A DNA stretch of 63,103 bases, the filler included, from Octopus bimaculoides (lineage: Eukaryota), in the NCBI RefSeq assembly GCF_001194135.2. It is 6 parts of 5 records of this genome, joined end to end, with 100 filler letters (N's around TTAATTAATTAA, not from the genome) between each part and the next. Parts side by side here need not be neighbours in the genome. Positions count along the whole stretch, not along the records: positions 56,712 to 63,103 come from NC_068986.1; 5 more parts are not named here. The stretch is one strand, 5' to 3'. Position numbers and translations under genes: made by a program. Below are positions 62,333 through 63,103 of this stretch, in pieces. The notes beneath the pieces are model-generated. The model did no database searches, was not told the DNA's origin, and was given only the letters and a program-made list of their open reading frames with translations. The stretch's first letter is position 1. The number at the start of each line of letters is the position of its first letter.

Positions 62333-63103
62333 TATTATTTGAAATTGTATTAAAAAAGTTAAAATATTCTGTGTATTATAGAAGTTATAAGAAATTTATT
62401 GCAGAGAAATTTTAACAAAATCTTATATGGAATCTGAAAGGTCGTATGGACCTCGGTTGAGAACGACTGCTCAACATAATAAATATTCCACACAGTATAA
62501 ACACATTAACGTCATACCACATTATAGAATACATGCGTTTATACATATTTACAAAATACCACACCATATTCTATAGTTAGATACCATCGCTGTATTCGTT
62601 ACATTGAATTGTATAACTTCTTTTTTTTTAAGAAAAAGGTAAAAAAAATCTAAAAATTGTTAATATTATCAAATCTTAATATTTTAGCTCCGCTTCATAA
62701 AACAGTTTACAATAACAAAAGAAGCATCGACAATAACAACTGCAAAATGTTGAAATCAAAAGAAAAGTCTTTTCTGAAGTTGATTTAGTAGTGTACATTG
62801 ATGGCGTCACGAGAACTGCTGGAGCAGGCAGGTAGGCAGGTAGGCATGCGAGAGATGTTATATCATAGTAGTGATTCTTGCTTTGAGAACATTGTTATAA
62901 CAGACATTACAGATATTGGTAATGTTGCCAAGTCATTTTAGGATTAGCTCATTGACAGCAGAGTTTCTATGTAATGGATTTGTGGTGTCAACGTTAAATC
63001 CATAGCAACGAGAAAACTGTTCTGTTTTTTTTTCTTTTTTTTTGACAGGGTTGTCTGTTCGTCAATAGATGTTGATTTTCTTAAGACTAGAGAGAGAGAG
63101 AGA

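Overview
AT-rich, repeat-saturated eukaryotic draft scaffold with 24 N-gaps (about 8 kb). Five gaps contain an artificial TTAATTAATTAA spacer. The SINE families, microsatellite load and spacer style suggest a cephalopod, probably Octopus; this is an inference from recalled repeat sequences, not a database result. Two spliced protein-coding genes are recognisable, both on + and both partial. The first is a spermidine/spermine N1-acetyltransferase (SSAT/SAT1-SAT2, GNAT)-like gene: four exons at 1371-8100, exon 1 upstream of the window, with the catalytic Tyr and the last Gly of the acetyl-CoA loop both replaced by Cys. The second is a terminal exon (49179-49385) encoding a six-Cys Argos/giant-lens-like domain. 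A CpG-rich NRF1/ETS promoter-like island lies near 29.3 kb, and a few orphan exon candidates cannot be assigned to a gene. The rest is SINEs, LINE remnants (RTE, R4/Dong-like, CRE-like, Tx1/L1-like), decayed mariners, hAT/pogo/piggyBac-like MITEs and many long inverted repeats. The most unusual non-coding signal is a set of minimal Penelope-type hammerhead-ribozyme motifs. They occur mirrored inside two long palindromes, singly in a short repeat, and inside a tRNA-headed SINE. Almost all ORFs in the supplied track are gap or microsatellite artefacts. Repeat boundaries were read by eye and are approximate unless TSDs or TIRs are quoted.
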